From NCBI GenBank assembly GCA_965221695.1, contig OZ244905.1, positions 1,920,001-1,984,000 on the forward strand: a stretch of DNA of 64,000 nt. Reading direction: 5' to 3'. Below, piece by piece: positions 25,201 to 32,850 of the stretch; the first letter of the stretch is position 1, and every line of letters begins with the position of its first letter. The stretch is from Gammaproteobacteria bacterium (GTDB lineage Bacteria; Pseudomonadota; Gammaproteobacteria; Eutrophobiales; Eutrophobiaceae). Position numbers and translations under genes: made by a program. Under the pieces are notes generated by a model that was given only the letters and a program-made list of their open reading frames with translations, ran no database searches and had not been told where the DNA came from.

Positions 25201-26924
25201 CCGACAGCGCCCACTTTGTCTACGACGCCAACGGCAATGTCATCCAAGAGCACGAGACCGGCCAGGCCGCCAACCCGACGCGCAGCTTCGCCTACACGCC
25301 GTTTAACAAGGCGGCGTCCATCAAGCAAGGCACGCACACCACCGAGTTCGAGTACGGCCCGGACCGCAGCCGCACGCGCAGGGTGGACACCGTGAACACC
25401 GGCGCCGGGACCAGCGTGACCACGACCCTGTATTTCGGGGGGGCCGAGAAGGTCATCGCCCCCGATGGCAGTTACACCTGGAAACGCTATGTGGCCGACG
25501 GCTTTCTCATTGAGCAGACCTATAACAGCCATGACACCCTCACTAAGGAAGATACCCGCCACCTGCTCAAAGACCACCTCGGCAGCATTGCCCTCATCCT
25601 CGATGAGGCGGGCCTCGACAAGGACCTGCTGCCGCTGCAACGCTTAAGCTACGACGCCTGGGGCCAGCGCCGCGCCCCGGATGACTGGACCCTCCTGGCC
25701 CGCCTGACCCTGAGCAGCCCCACCCATGGGGCGGTGACCCCGTATGGCTACACCGGCCATGAGATGCTCGACGCGGTGGGCATCATCCACATGAACGGGC
25801 GCATCTACGACCCTAAGCTCGGCCGCTTCTTGCAGGCCGACCCGGTGATTCAGTTCCCGAACGCAGCCCAGAACCACAACCGCTACAGCTATGTGCTCAA
25901 CAACCCGCTTGCCTATGTGGACCCGAGCGGGTATTTTATCGGGAAGTTGCTGCGCAAGGTGGTGGGCCTGTTCATCAACGGACCCTTTGAGTTGCTGTTC
26001 AGCTTGGTTCCCCAACTGCGACCGCTCTCCACCCTGTTCGTCTGCGCCAGCGGCAATCCGGCGCTGTGCGCGATGGCGGCGGCTGGCAATGCGTATGCGG
26101 GCGGGGCGTCGTTGAAGCAGTCGTTAAAAGCGGGGGTGTTTGCGTATGTGTCGGCGCAGGCGTTTGCGGCGGTGGGCGACTATTTTACCGGCATTGAGGC
26201 GGTGGGCGGCGTGGGGCACTGGGGCGCGCATGCGCTAACGGGCGGGATATTGGCGGAGTTGCAGGGCGGGGAGTTCGGGCACGGGTTCTTAGCCGCTGGG
26301 GTGGCCTTTGGGGTCGGACGCTTGGGCGAGAGCCAGAGCTGGTCGGTGGAGACGCAGTTGGCGGCCAGGGCGGTGAGCGCCGGGACGGTGAGCGAGGTGA
26401 CCGGCGGCAAGTTTGCCAACGGGGCGATGACCGCGGCGTTTGCGTATATCTTTAATGAGTTGGCGCATTCCGATATCAAATATGAATACCAAACAAAAAT
26501 ATGCAACCGCTCTAAGTCTGCTTGCACAGAGGAGATTGTTTGGCCCTCCGTCAAGAGAAATTCGCTGCCACTTCATAGGGGTATGTTAGAACATAAAGAT
26601 GTTAATAACATACCGGGTATTGGTGAGGTTCGAACGCTGATAGATGATGAGATGTACACCCTGACCAATGAGACAACAGAAAATCATTTGTTTAGAACAG
26701 GCAGCGTCACCCGCTCTCTAGTGGTGACAGACGATGCCATATACGTCAGGACAGTGGGTAGGGGCGCTAATATCAATTGGGGTATAGAAAAACTCAATTA
26801 CGCCGCGTCAAGTTACTTTCCGGCTGTCGCAGACATGATTGTGAAGATGGATATTCATTTTCAGCAACATGCGCATAATATTATGGACGGCAATTATTAC
26901 ATGTTACATTTAGGGCAATATTAG
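13242..26924 (+). CDS. Giant Rhs/YD polymorphic toxin: Sec signal peptide, Ig/FnIII-like stalk, SpvB + FG-GAP region, RHS core, variable C-terminal toxin
   Basis: MKHSVYHRSVVLAACLLIQWLLSAAAWG leader; FnIII motifs (LTNGxxYxxxVxAxN); GEFRVTESGAASY...YNSQRGNGLLGVGW from ~19970; DINGDGLTD-type repeats; YD repeats; GYTGHE...HMNGRIYDP.LGRFLQADP...NRYSYV.NNPL.YVDPSG (DPSG at 25920). Confidence 0.92.
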   Translation: MKHSVYHRSVVLAACLLIQWLLSAAAWGWTLPSPPTASLSWSPTSVPYGGTSTLSWNSTGAVSCTVDGSNVSTSGSEQRTNLTQGTSATLSCWNLGGTRIKTASVTVGQPPSAPTASLSWSPSTVAYGGASTLSWNSTNATSCTLDGVSKGTSGSENRTNQTQTTTASLTCTGAGGSASDSATLTVGQPPSAPTVSLSWSPGTVAYGGASTLSWSSTNATSCTLNGSSRSTSGSWTATNQTASRTDTLACTGPGGSVSDTASLTVNPPPDPAPTASLSWSPSTIAYGGSSTLSWSSTNATSCTLNGSSRSTSGSWTTTNQTTSRTDTLVCTGSGGSASDTATLTVTSLSGSLSVAPTTSTDGSYTVSWSAPAYASAETRLYEKVGTGSWSVVGTYASTVTQRAFSGKANGVYQYKTAQCIMVFSSTSCWDVAGPVSVTVATTAPAPTASLSWSPSTVDFGGSSTLSWTSTNATSCTLDNVSKSLNGSEQRTNLTQSVTATLVCTGSGGAVTKTAVLTVTSPSASLSVTPTTSADGSYTVSWSAPAYAATKTRLHEKVGTGSWSVVGMYASTVTQRAFSGKANGVYQYKTDHCITVFGSTSCWNVAGPVSVTVGATAAPTASLSWSPGTVAYGGASTLSWTSTNATSCTLDNISKGTSGSENRTNQTQTTTASLTCTGAGGSASASATLTVGQPPSAPTASLSWSPSTVDFGGSSTLSWTSTNATSCTLDNVSKSLNGSEQRTNLTQSVTATLVCTGAGGAVTKTAVLTVTSPSASLSVTPTTSADGSYTVSWSAPAYAATKTRLHEKVGTGSWSVVGMYASTVTQRAFSGKANGVYQYKTDHCITVFGSTSCWNVAGPVSVTVGATAAPTASLSWSPGTVAYGGASTLSWTSTNATSCTLDNISKGTSGSENRTNQTQTTTASLTCTGAGGSASASATLTVGQPPSAPTASLSWSPSTVDFGGSSTLSWTSTNATSCTLDNVSKSLNGSEQRTNLTQSVTATLVCTGAGGAVTKTAVLTVTSPSASLSVTPTTSADGSYTVSWSAPAYAATKTRLHEKVGTGSWSVVGMYASTVTQRAFSGKANGVYQYKTDHCITVFGSTSCWNVAGPVSVTVGATTALTASLSWTPSTVPFGGSSTLSWSSTNATSCTLNNISKDTSGSEQRTYLTQSSVMATLVCTGSGGTVTKTASLTLTAPSGSLSVAPTTSMDGSYTVSWSAPAYAVIKTVLWEVAPTGSWSVVGMYASTVTQRAFSGKANGAYEYITNHCIMIFGSQCWKVAGPVNVTVAATTPPTLSGPSTSDGEHMLSWGAVTGASDYTVRERQGSGSWTKYSVSTLSKTFSGRSSGSWSYQARACNGDSCGAWSNTVTVTVTGVSVSISPSPSPDGQYTVSWTAPAYGNTVKLYEKAPGGSYTLAGTYALTTTSQDFDKDTAGAYWYKTERCQGGYWGIWNCQPMGNAASVMVTLADPPGGTDPPDAPLPPTLATGTGELTASWAAPADNGSALLEYRLRYKRMFSFTFGISWSFPLLWTQTDAVDSATTSLALSGLTNGLTYQAQVQARNAGGWSAWSGSATGVPLAAPVISESSSSLGQYTLSWVAISGATVYEIREREGDEDAGNPWTTHLLGAATSKSFTKSENGLWSYQARACNSGGCGDWSDTHEVTVQTTFITIDPSPSLDGDYTVSWSALAGVSVKLFEKAPGGTWSEIGEYNATQREESFVGKAPGTYEYKLSVCYGSVTGLFGYECAQLGGSASVEVLPPVWLRWDPNPVDYDGDATLTWSSLNATSCSLTVGDDLVLTDLSGTRVEPNVTADILATLSCDINGDTETASDTLTVDPTTIPTSPMSLEWDPNPVDYGGDSTLTWSLPMNATNCSLTVGGQTLTDLSGAYEATNVAADIPATLSCEVPGETDMQTKTEELTANLVVRPLPPDKPTATAPDASGGYTVSWTSVALATSYRLEAYHVPADAGTLHTLGKVFSKAFASPAAGVWRYRAQACIDADDSDPDGTTVCSVWSEALTVGPPDAPAAPALTSGDEALTVDWEAPAENNSEITAYSVGHRQADSEAAWDLEAVDGTDLTLEIESLTNGVEYEVRVRAANGYGDSDWSPVARGVPGERLPAPKGLRGPAGSLGSHTLHWGPVIGAVRYELAARQGEETDPEEQDDTAWTVYDTGAATRKAFSALAHGNWRYRARACAGPTPESCGDWSDVLEVVVGYGSVPGAPAPERTSLSVIVPPAARKGHDTVGALAGEFRVTESGAASYHIALPLPPGTAGATPPLGLQYNSQRGNGLLGVGWALSGLSAITRCRQTYAQDGAARPLTFGENDRFCLDGERLLIVSDDNYGAPGSEYRTETDSFVTVTAKGGSAGAPDYFEVRRKDGSVSTYGDVTGSTGPARHSEHRVYDPATDAAIDKTLTWALQEVKDSVGNRIAYEYAADADGHRITQINYAFGSISSASSARAAVRFAYDPRADATLGYLAGYRLQSVKRLSRITVEGAGASGGRMALRNYRLRYEGGTVTAGGLSRLVGVKECVGSGTNACLPETRLDWSAATPGFAANKAASLELNNKKSWRPVDFTPADINGDGLTDLVWTETDDDEHRISYALAKMSDSGALTLKAEMFTNSQKYLMYQDDYGESDYGDNLRVHTDALDYNADGRLDIVIYSEGTNQTKVHLSVPQNGGGWKLDSNGIALFNGRYRYADINSDGLLDAYQLVKEVAGDTDANHDNILVPATGYHLAIRYLRRDTSKAVSSSQYYAYGAVETLSVSFTQLDTANSVPKIWKQLERADVPLVDVNGDGRADLITWGRSFSFTTHLNTPQRRLEVFLQTDDGFERYGDSGGIVVSSATAGSQPKGVRVADLNQDGLSDLLYFVGRWYEESKKNWQWTGNWHYRLGTGTGFTDATQLTFVADGVQAPRSPSLYDDDGDGYADFLWHDVPAERLRARRWSPADGGFASAVINRRITEGKDDGAYFTADMNGDGNADLLRVAVSGKKETLEMYPHKTTARPHLATRVTSGLGAVTEISYESLSRTEAYGRIAGLRPGAPVRNCFVLGDDEFCYDLPSTQADATDFYTALNDPWPTDENDPSDVDLTDPLTATAGDTPVLELMGPLYVVTRVDSSAPTAGNAGAKSGVAYVYERGKVQAAGRGLLGFRALTTVDLQSGVRTTTTYRQDFPYIGAPLRTEVKTEDGHLLRWAQNTWRLQGYDASWNARAAASGDKAGTGSARLGPLQPHIAEAVEEEYDLPEPDSSGDLKAGAKLTTVSTETTYDGWGNPSELTTTTVDHANGKRFQQVTENAYAASAAGEASTWARQYGRLTRTEVTRRRDESYMAEDETYESSASRASSFAYYTSDKKKGLLKSETREAATGTNAVPAQVTTYSYDAFGNRVRAKLSAGSATRCDTDTAVYDSAGRFVVEERDCLGRTVRELGGHNGWGQPTWSKRALSAAGATTADADYHYTPGGRRYASREADGSWTGWLRAWCASGNGCPATAVYYTETRQAGGGRAREYRDALGRVTRTATMGFDGRWVYTDTDYDENGRVARRSEPYKAGSASAVYWTRYTYDLLGRVARAELPDYAANGANSVVTTAYGSLTTTTANGKGQRRRVTRNALGETLTSAELVEANETAGPNKVDKATVTHHYDVWGRTTKSVTTSTDNKTATITRHYDLWGRMTKETDPARGAWTYSYNGFDELVERADAVGNRQTRAYDGLGRQTVRKDYAPGPTSAVADDVLAGTTAWTYDALAGQPACATALGQLCQVAHSAARAETRTYHYDSLGRVTQTTQDRGADGTYYSKQTYDEYGRPYQRFDAARAGSATLRWQDNVVETRYNANGYAHRWVDGMYVGGQPRRTYREIAGIDARGNVTRENLGAGAVSVRRAYDAKTGRLAGITGEDPLERTLQDQTYTWDIVGNLTERAQTLGKTTLEETFAYDSLNRLIQSKVAGETARNVTYDGLGNITAKTGEDGLLEQYVYGDTDRPHRLTQADSAHFVYDANGNVIQEHETGQAANPTRSFAYTPFNKAASIKQGTHTTEFEYGPDRSRTRRVDTVNTGAGTSVTTTLYFGGAEKVIAPDGSYTWKRYVADGFLIEQTYNSHDTLTKEDTRHLLKDHLGSIALILDEAGLDKDLLPLQRLSYDAWGQRRAPDDWTLLARLTLSSPTHGAVTPYGYTGHEMLDAVGIIHMNGRIYDPKLGRFLQADPVIQFPNAAQNHNRYSYVLNNPLAYVDPSGYFIGKLLRKVVGLFINGPFELLFSLVPQLRPLSTLFVCASGNPALCAMAAAGNAYAGGASLKQSLKAGVFAYVSAQAFAAVGDYFTGIEAVGGVGHWGAHALTGGILAELQGGEFGHGFLAAGVAFGVGRLGESQSWSVETQLAARAVSAGTVSEVTGGKFANGAMTAAFAYIFNELAHSDIKYEYQTKICNRSKSACTEEIVWPSVKRNSLPLHRGMLEHKDVNNIPGIGEVRTLIDDEMYTLTNETTENHLFRTGSVTRSLVVTDDAIYVRTVGRGANINWGIEKLNYAASSYFPAVADMIVKMDIHFQQHAHNIMDGNYYMLHLGQY
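14572..16592 (+). repeat. Intragenic tandem repeat, 753-bp (251-aa) unit, ~2.7 near-identical copies
   Basis: Units start at 14572, 15325 and 16078; identical shadow ORFs recur at 14924/15677/16430. Confidence 0.95.
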
Positions 26925-26926
26925 CG

Positions 26927-27400
26927 ATGGTAAAACAGATTCTCAGTCTTTGTGTTATCAGTGTCCTGCTGCTTTGCTCTTGTACTGCCGGGCCACCGAA
27001 GGGAAAGATGAAGTCGATGGATTTGCACTTGGGCGAATCCAGTTACGCTGAGTTGGTGGATTTTTTGTATGAGTTTGCCCGAAAGCATCGTTTAACGGTG
27101 TTGTGGTTTGGCGCCTACGAGGTGGAGAACCCGACGCATTGGTTTGAGTATGCGAAAGAAGCGCTTGATGATCCTGAGTATGGTGGGTTCACGAGATTTA
27201 AGATCAAACTGGAGTTGTTGACTGAGGAAAATGGTTATCTGTTCTTCTCTAGTCACTATAATGTAAAACTGGCTGGCGCTGTCATAGACTACGGCGATGA
27301 GAAAGCCGTGTGGCTTGAGATCGTTGACGAGTTTGAACAAGCGTTGGCAGATCGCGGGTGGTGGTTGGGGGAGGGCAAGAGATATGGTTCGTGGGAATAG
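26927..27400 (+). CDS. Putative immunity lipoprotein for the main toxin tip
   Basis: Starts 2 bp after the toxin stop; hydrophobic leader ending LLCS|C; paralog at 32851. Confidence 0.75.
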   Translation: MVKQILSLCVISVLLLCSCTAGPPKGKMKSMDLHLGESSYAELVDFLYEFARKHRLTVLWFGAYEVENPTHWFEYAKEALDDPEYGGFTRFKIKLELLTEENGYLFFSSHYNVKLAGAVIDYGDEKAVWLEIVDEFEQALADRGWWLGEGKRYGSWE

Positions 27401-27470
27401 GGTTGAACCGACCAAATTGTTTGCTGCCTTTTGACCTTCCATACGTTTAAGGTCGGGGTAAAGGATTACA

Positions 27471-27502
27471 GAAGCAGGGCCGGACCTACCTAAAACTCTT
27501 TC
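27471..27502 (+). repeat. Cassette-boundary element copy 1 (5' part only)
   Basis: GAAGCAGGGCCGGACCTACCTAAAACTCTT resembles consensus GAAACAGGGTCGGACCTGCCTAACTCTT; Rhs homology starts at 27504. Confidence 0.7.
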
Positions 27503-27503
27503 A

Positions 27504-30112
27504 CCGACGCCGTGGGCAACCGCCAGACCCGCGCCTACGACGGGTTGGGTCGCCAGACAGTCCGCAAGGACTACGCGCCCGGGCCGACGAGCGCCGTTGC
27601 CGACGATGTGCTGGCGGGGACGACCACCTGGACCTATGACGCGCTGGCGGGGCAACCGGCCTGCGCGACGGCGCTGGGGCAGTTGTGCCAGGTCGCGCAC
27701 AGCGCGGCCCGCGCCGAGACCCGCGCCTATCACTACGACAGTCTCGGGCGCGTAACCCAAACCACGCAGGACCGGGGCGCGGACGGGACTTATTACAGCA
27801 AACAGACCTACGATGAATACGGCCGGCCCTACCAGCGCTTTGACGCCGCCCGCGCGGGGTCGGCGACCCTGCGCTGGCAGGACAACGTGGTGGAGACGCG
27901 CTATAACGCCAACGGCTATGCGCACCGATGGGTGGACGGGATGTACGTGGGCGGCCAGCCACGCCGCACCTACCGGGAGATTGCCGGCATCGACGCCCGC
28001 GGCAACGTGACCCGGGAGAACCTCGGCGCCGGGGCGGTCAGCGTGCGCCGCGCCTATGACGCCAAGACCGGCCGGCTCGCCGGCATCACCGGCGAGGACC
28101 CCTTGGAGCGCACGCTGCAAGACCAGACCTATACCTGGGATATCGTGGGCAACCTGACCGAGCGCGCGCAGACCCTCGGCAAGACCACGTTAGAAGAGAC
28201 CTTCGCCTATGACAGCCTTAACCGGCTGATCCAATCGAAGGTTGCCGGCGAGACGGCGCGAAACGTGACCTACGACGGGCTGGGGAATATCACCGCCAAG
28301 ACCGGGGAGGATGGCTTGTTGGAGCAGTATGTCTACGGCGACACGGACCGCCCGCACCGGCTCACCCAGGCCGACAGCGCCCACTTTGTCTACGACGCCA
28401 ACGGCAATGTCATCCAAGAGCACGAGACCGGCCAGGCCGCCAACCCGACGCGCAGCTTCGCCTACACGCCGTTTAACAAGGCGGCGTCCATCAAGCAAGG
28501 CACGCACACCACCGAGTTCGAGTACGGCCCGGACCGCAGCCGCACGCGCAGGGTGGACACCGTGAACACCGGCGCCGGGACCAGCGTGACCACGACCCTG
28601 TATTTCGGGGGGGCCGAGAAGGTCATCGCCCCCGATGGCAGTTACACCTGGAAACGCTATGTGGCCGACGGCTTTCTCATTGAGCAGACCTATAACAGCC
28701 ATGACACCCTCACTAAGGAAGATACCCGCCACCTGCTCAAAGACCACCTCGGCAGCATTGCCCTTATCCTTGATGAGGCGGGCCTCGACAAGGACCTGCT
28801 GCCGCTGCAACGCTTAAGCTACGACGCCTGGGGCCAGCGCCGCGCCCCGGATGACTGGACCCTCTTAGCCCGCCTGACCCTGAGCAGCCCCACCCATGGG
28901 GCGGTAACCCCGTATGGCTACACCGGCCATGAGATGCTCGACGCGGTGGGCATCATCCACATGAACGGGCGCATCTACGACCCTAAGCTCGGCCGCTTCC
29001 TGCAGGCCGACCCGGTGATTCAGTTCCCGAACATGGCCCAGAACCACAACCGCTACAGCTATGTGCTCAACAACCCGCTTGCCTATGTGGACCCGAGCGG
29101 GTATTTTATCGGGAAGTTGTTCAACAAGGTGTTCCGGGGACTGAACAAGCTGCTCGGGGACTTCGCCCCGTTCTTGAGCATTGCCTTGTTGGCCATCCCG
29201 GGGATGCAGCTTTGGGTGATGGAGTCCTGGATGCGGGCGTTTGCGTTCGGGTTTGTGACCGGCGGCATTGCCAGCGGCTCGTTCAAGGGGGCGTTATTCG
29301 GGGGTATCAGCGCCGCGGCGTTCTATGGGATAGGGCAGAAGTTTGTGAAGCCGACGGGGTTCTTCAAGCAGGGCGGTCTTGGGCATGTGCTGGCGCACGG
29401 GGTAACCGGCGGCATTATGGCAGAGATACAGGGGGGTCAGTTCGGTCACGGGTTCCTGGCCGCTGGCTTGACCAAGGCGGTGATGGGCCGGTTTGACTAT
29501 GCCGACCTCAGCGCCTCGGCGGTGACGGGGCGCGTGGCGATTGCCGCCATTGTCGGCGGCACCATCTCCCGCATCACCGGGGGCAAGTTTGCCAACGGGG
29601 CTTTGACTGCGGGCATGGCGCAGTTGTTGAATAATGAGACGCATGCCGCGGAGCAAGCGAAGAAGAGAATTCCAGTTTCAGCAAAAGCACAAGGAAACGA
29701 TGTTATTATTGAATATGGTGATGGTTCTATGGAGGTGCGCACTGGTGGAACAAGGGCGTGGCGTAATAATAATCCAGGCAATCTTGAAAATTCGGCCTTT
29801 TCTATTCGCCACGGCTCACTCGGAGAGGCTGGTGGTTTTGCGATCTTTGCCAGTGAACAGACGGGGAAAGATGCATTAGTTAATTTGTTGAAGGGTGGTA
29901 GCTACAAGAACTTAACTATTGCTAAAACTATTGAAAGATTTGCGCCTCCAATAGAGAATGATACGCAACATTATCAGAAGTTACTAAGGGGTTTTACTGG
30001 CCTTGATGGAAGCACTATCATGAATTCCCTTAATGACCAACAATTCAATAGTGTCGTAAACGCGATCATACGAGTAGAGGGTTGGCGTGAGGGAGACGTT
30101 ACTCTGAAATGA
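27504..30112 (+). CDS. Orphan Rhs-CT module 1 (truncated core, type-B linker, RNNNPGN lysozyme-like tip)
   Basis: 27504-29119 is near-identical to 24334-25949; no signal peptide or credible start; tip has AWRNNNPGNL and FAPP.END. Confidence 0.85.
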
Positions 30113-30585
30113 AGACGCATATCATTATAGTATTAGTTGGTTTGTTCCTCCTGCCAGGCAACTATTCATATGGATTTGACGAGTATCCATTCGAACCGGA
30201 GCTTGTTGAGCTTGAAGGGGTGTTTGAACGAGAAAAACATTTCGGGCCACCAAATTATGGTGAAACGCCTCAAGAAGATATATTATTAACTGTTTACGTC
30301 CTCAACCTGAACTCGCCGATCACTGCGGGAACCGCTGATACACTATCTGAGTTGAATACTGTCCCAGTGACTAACGTTAAAAAAGTCCAGGTTGGTTTCA
30401 TTGATCGGGAAGCAACTGAAAAGCGGATTGAAAAAATTGACAATCTGATTGGAAAAACAGTCCGGCTTAGAGGTAGTTTGTCTACTGGCATCACAGGCTA
30501 TCACTTTTATCGAATCTTATTTTTTGTATCAGAAAAAGAATTATTGTCACGAGTTATTGTACAAATCTGGTGTGCGGCCTCATAG
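30109..30585 (+). CDS. Putative periplasmic immunity protein, DUF4431-like
   Basis: ATGA overlap with the toxin stop; signal peptide; GPPNYGETP..D, L.L.SPI, VQV, LIGK.V.L.G.L...ITG.H motifs recalled for DUF4431. Confidence 0.7.
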   Translation: MKTHIIIVLVGLFLLPGNYSYGFDEYPFEPELVELEGVFEREKHFGPPNYGETPQEDILLTVYVLNLNSPITAGTADTLSELNTVPVTNVKKVQVGFIDREATEKRIEKIDNLIGKTVRLRGSLSTGITGYHFYRILFFVSEKELLSRVIVQIWCAAS

Positions 30586-30632
30586 TCAGGCGGCCCGCTG
30601 GTGTTGATAGGGCACGGAACAGACGAAAAGAC

Positions 30633-30762
30633 GAAACAGGGTAGGACCTGCCTAACTCTTCGTTTCCATTGAGTTGATTTGTTGCAGGAGTCTGCTCTGC
30701 TCCCTTAAACCCCACTTTTTGCTGTCAAAACCGAGGGTTTAAGATTCTTTTCCCTGTTTAAC
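30633..30762 (+). repeat. Cassette-boundary element copy 2 (full length, 130 bp)
   Basis: GAAACAGGG...CCCTGTTTAAC; colinear with copies at 33404, 41029 and 42714(-). Confidence 0.9.
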
Positions 30763-30796
30763 GGTATGCTTCTATACGATCTTTAATTTCACACGC

Positions 30797-32848
30797 CGCT
30801 GGCAGGACAACGTGGTGGAGACGCGCTATAACGCCAACGGCTATGCGCACCGATGGGTAGACGGGATGCACGTGGGCGGCCAGCCACGGCGGACCTACCG
30901 GGAGATTGCCGGCATCGACGCCCGCGGCAACCTGACCGAGCGCGCGCAGACCCTCGGCAAGACCACGTTAGAAGAGACCTTCGCCTATGACAGCCTTAAC
31001 CGGCTGATCCAATCGAAGGTTGCCGGCAAGACGGCGCAGAACGTCAGCTACGACGGGTTGGGGAATATCACGGCCAAGACCGGGGTGGGCGACTATGTCT
31101 ACGGCGACGCCAACCATCCGCACCGGCTCACCCAGGCCGACAGCGCCCACTTTGTCTACGACGCCAACGGCAATGTCATCCAAGAGCACGAGACCGGCCA
31201 GGCCGCCAACCCGACGCGCAGCTTCGCCTACACGCCGTTTAACAAGGCGGCGTCCATCAAGCAAGGCACGCACACCACCGAGTTCGAGTACGGCCCGGAC
31301 CGCAGCCGCACGCGCAGGGTGGACACCGTGAACACCGGCGCCGGGACCAGCGTGACCACGACCCTGTATTTCGGGGGGGCCGAGAAGGTCATCGCCCCCG
31401 ATGGCAGTTACACCTGGAAACGCTATGTGGCCGACGGCTTTCTCATTGAGCAGACCTATAACAGCCATGACACCCTCACTAAGGAAGATACCCGCCACCT
31501 GCTCAAAGACCACCTCGGCAGCATTGCCCTTATCCTTGATGAGGCGGGCCTCGACAAGGACCTGCTGCCGCTGCAACGCTTAAGCTACGACGCCTGGGGC
31601 CAGCGCCGCGCCCCGGATGACTGGACCCTCTTAGCCCGCCTGACCCTGAGCAGCCCCACCCATGGGGCGGTAACCCCGTATGGCTACACCGGCCATGAGA
31701 TGCTCGACGCGGTGGGCATCATCCACATGAACGGGCGCATCTACGACCCTAAGCTCGGCCGCTTCCTGCAGGCCGACCCGGTGATTCAGTTCCCGAACAT
31801 GGCCCAGAACCACAACCGCTACAGCTATGTGCTCAACAACCCGCTTGCCTATGTGGACCCGAGCGGGTATTTTATCGGGAAGTTGCTGCGCAAGGTGGTG
31901 GGCCTGTTCATCAACGGACCCTTTGAGTTGCTGTTCAGCTTGGTTCCCCAACTGCGACCGCTCTCCACCCTGTTCATCTGCGCCAGCGGCAATCCGGCGC
32001 TGTGCGCGATGGCGGCGGCCGGCAATGCGTATGCATCCGGGGCGTCGTTGAAGCAGTCGTTAAAAGCGGGGGTGTTTGCGTATGTGTCGGCGCAGGCGTT
32101 TGCGGCGGTGGGCGACTATTTTACCGGCATTGAGGCGGTGGGCGGCGTGGGGCACTGGGGCGCGCATGCGCTAACGGGCGGGATATTGGCGGAGTTGCAG
32201 GGCGGGGAGTTCGGGCACGGGTTCTTAGCCGCTGGGGTGGCCTTTGGGGTCGGACGCTTGGGCGAGAGCCAGAGCTGGTCGGTGGAGACGCAGTTGGCGG
32301 CCAGGGCGGTGAGCGCCGGGACGGTGAGCGAGGTGACCGGCGGCAAGTTTGCCAACGGGGCAATGACCGCGGCGTTTGCGTATATTTTTAATGAGTTGGC
32401 GCATTCCTATGAATACCAAACAAAAATATGCAACCGCTCTGAGTCTGCTTGCACAGAGGAGATTGTTTGGCCCTCTGTCAAGAGACAATCTGTGCCATTT
32501 CAGAAGGGTATGTTAAAGGACGGCGATGTTACTAAAATACCGGGGGTTGGTTCAGTCCGGACGCTAGTGGATGATGCCAATTACAGGCTTACTAATCGAA
32601 CAGAAGACGATCATCTGTTCAAAGGGACTGTCACCCGCTCTCTAGTGGTGACAGATGATGCCATATACGTCAGGACAGTGGGTGTGGGCGCTAACACCAG
32701 TTGGGGTATACGAGCGCTGAATTACGGCGCATCAAGTTACTTTCCGGCTGTCGCAGACATGATTGTGAAGATGGATATTCATTTTCATCAACATGCGCAG
32801 AATATTATGGACGGAAATTATTACATGTTCCATTTAGGGCAATATTAG
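30797..32848 (+). CDS. Orphan Rhs-CT module 2 (type-A linker; tip is a diverged allele of the main tip)
   Basis: Homology to the main gene starts at 30797 (=24702); in-frame 147-bp deletion; ends ...GNYYMFHLGQY like the main toxin. Confidence 0.85.
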   Translation, partial: RWQDNVVETRYNANGYAHRWVDGMHVGGQPRRTYREIAGIDARGNLTERAQTLGKTTLEETFAYDSLNRLIQSKVAGKTAQNVSYDGLGNITAKTGVGDYVYGDANHPHRLTQADSAHFVYDANGNVIQEHETGQAANPTRSFAYTPFNKAASIKQGTHTTEFEYGPDRSRTRRVDTVNTGAGTSVTTTLYFGGAEKVIAPDGSYTWKRYVADGFLIEQTYNSHDTLTKEDTRHLLKDHLGSIALILDEAGLDKDLLPLQRLSYDAWGQRRAPDDWTLLARLTLSSPTHGAVTPYGYTGHEMLDAVGIIHMNGRIYDPKLGRFLQADPVIQFPNMAQNHNRYSYVLNNPLAYVDPSGYFIGKLLRKVVGLFINGPFELLFSLVPQLRPLSTLFICASGNPALCAMAAAGNAYASGASLKQSLKAGVFAYVSAQAFAAVGDYFTGIEAVGGVGHWGAHALTGGILAELQGGEFGHGFLAAGVAFGVGRLGESQSWSVETQLAARAVSAGTVSEVTGGKFANGAMTAAFAYIFNELAHSYEYQTKICNRSESACTEEIVWPSVKRQSVPFQKGMLKDGDVTKIPGVGSVRTLVDDANYRLTNRTEDDHLFKGTVTRSLVVTDDAIYVRTVGVGANTSWGIRALNYGASSYFPAVADMIVKMDIHFHQHAQNIMDGNYYMFHLGQY

Positions 32849-32850
32849 CG

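Noticed and set aside
19248-25640. Long antisense ORFs (442, 546, 206 aa and their repeats)
   Set aside because: Shadows of GC-rich Rhs coding sequence with no recognisable motifs.
13242-26924. T6SS effector or complete Tc toxin
   Set aside because: No PAAR, VgrG, chaperone or TcA gene in the window, and the protein has a Sec-type leader.
32701-32850. N-terminal extension of immunity ORF 32701..33336
   Set aside because: It overlaps the toxin tip; the paralog and lipobox place the start at 32851.
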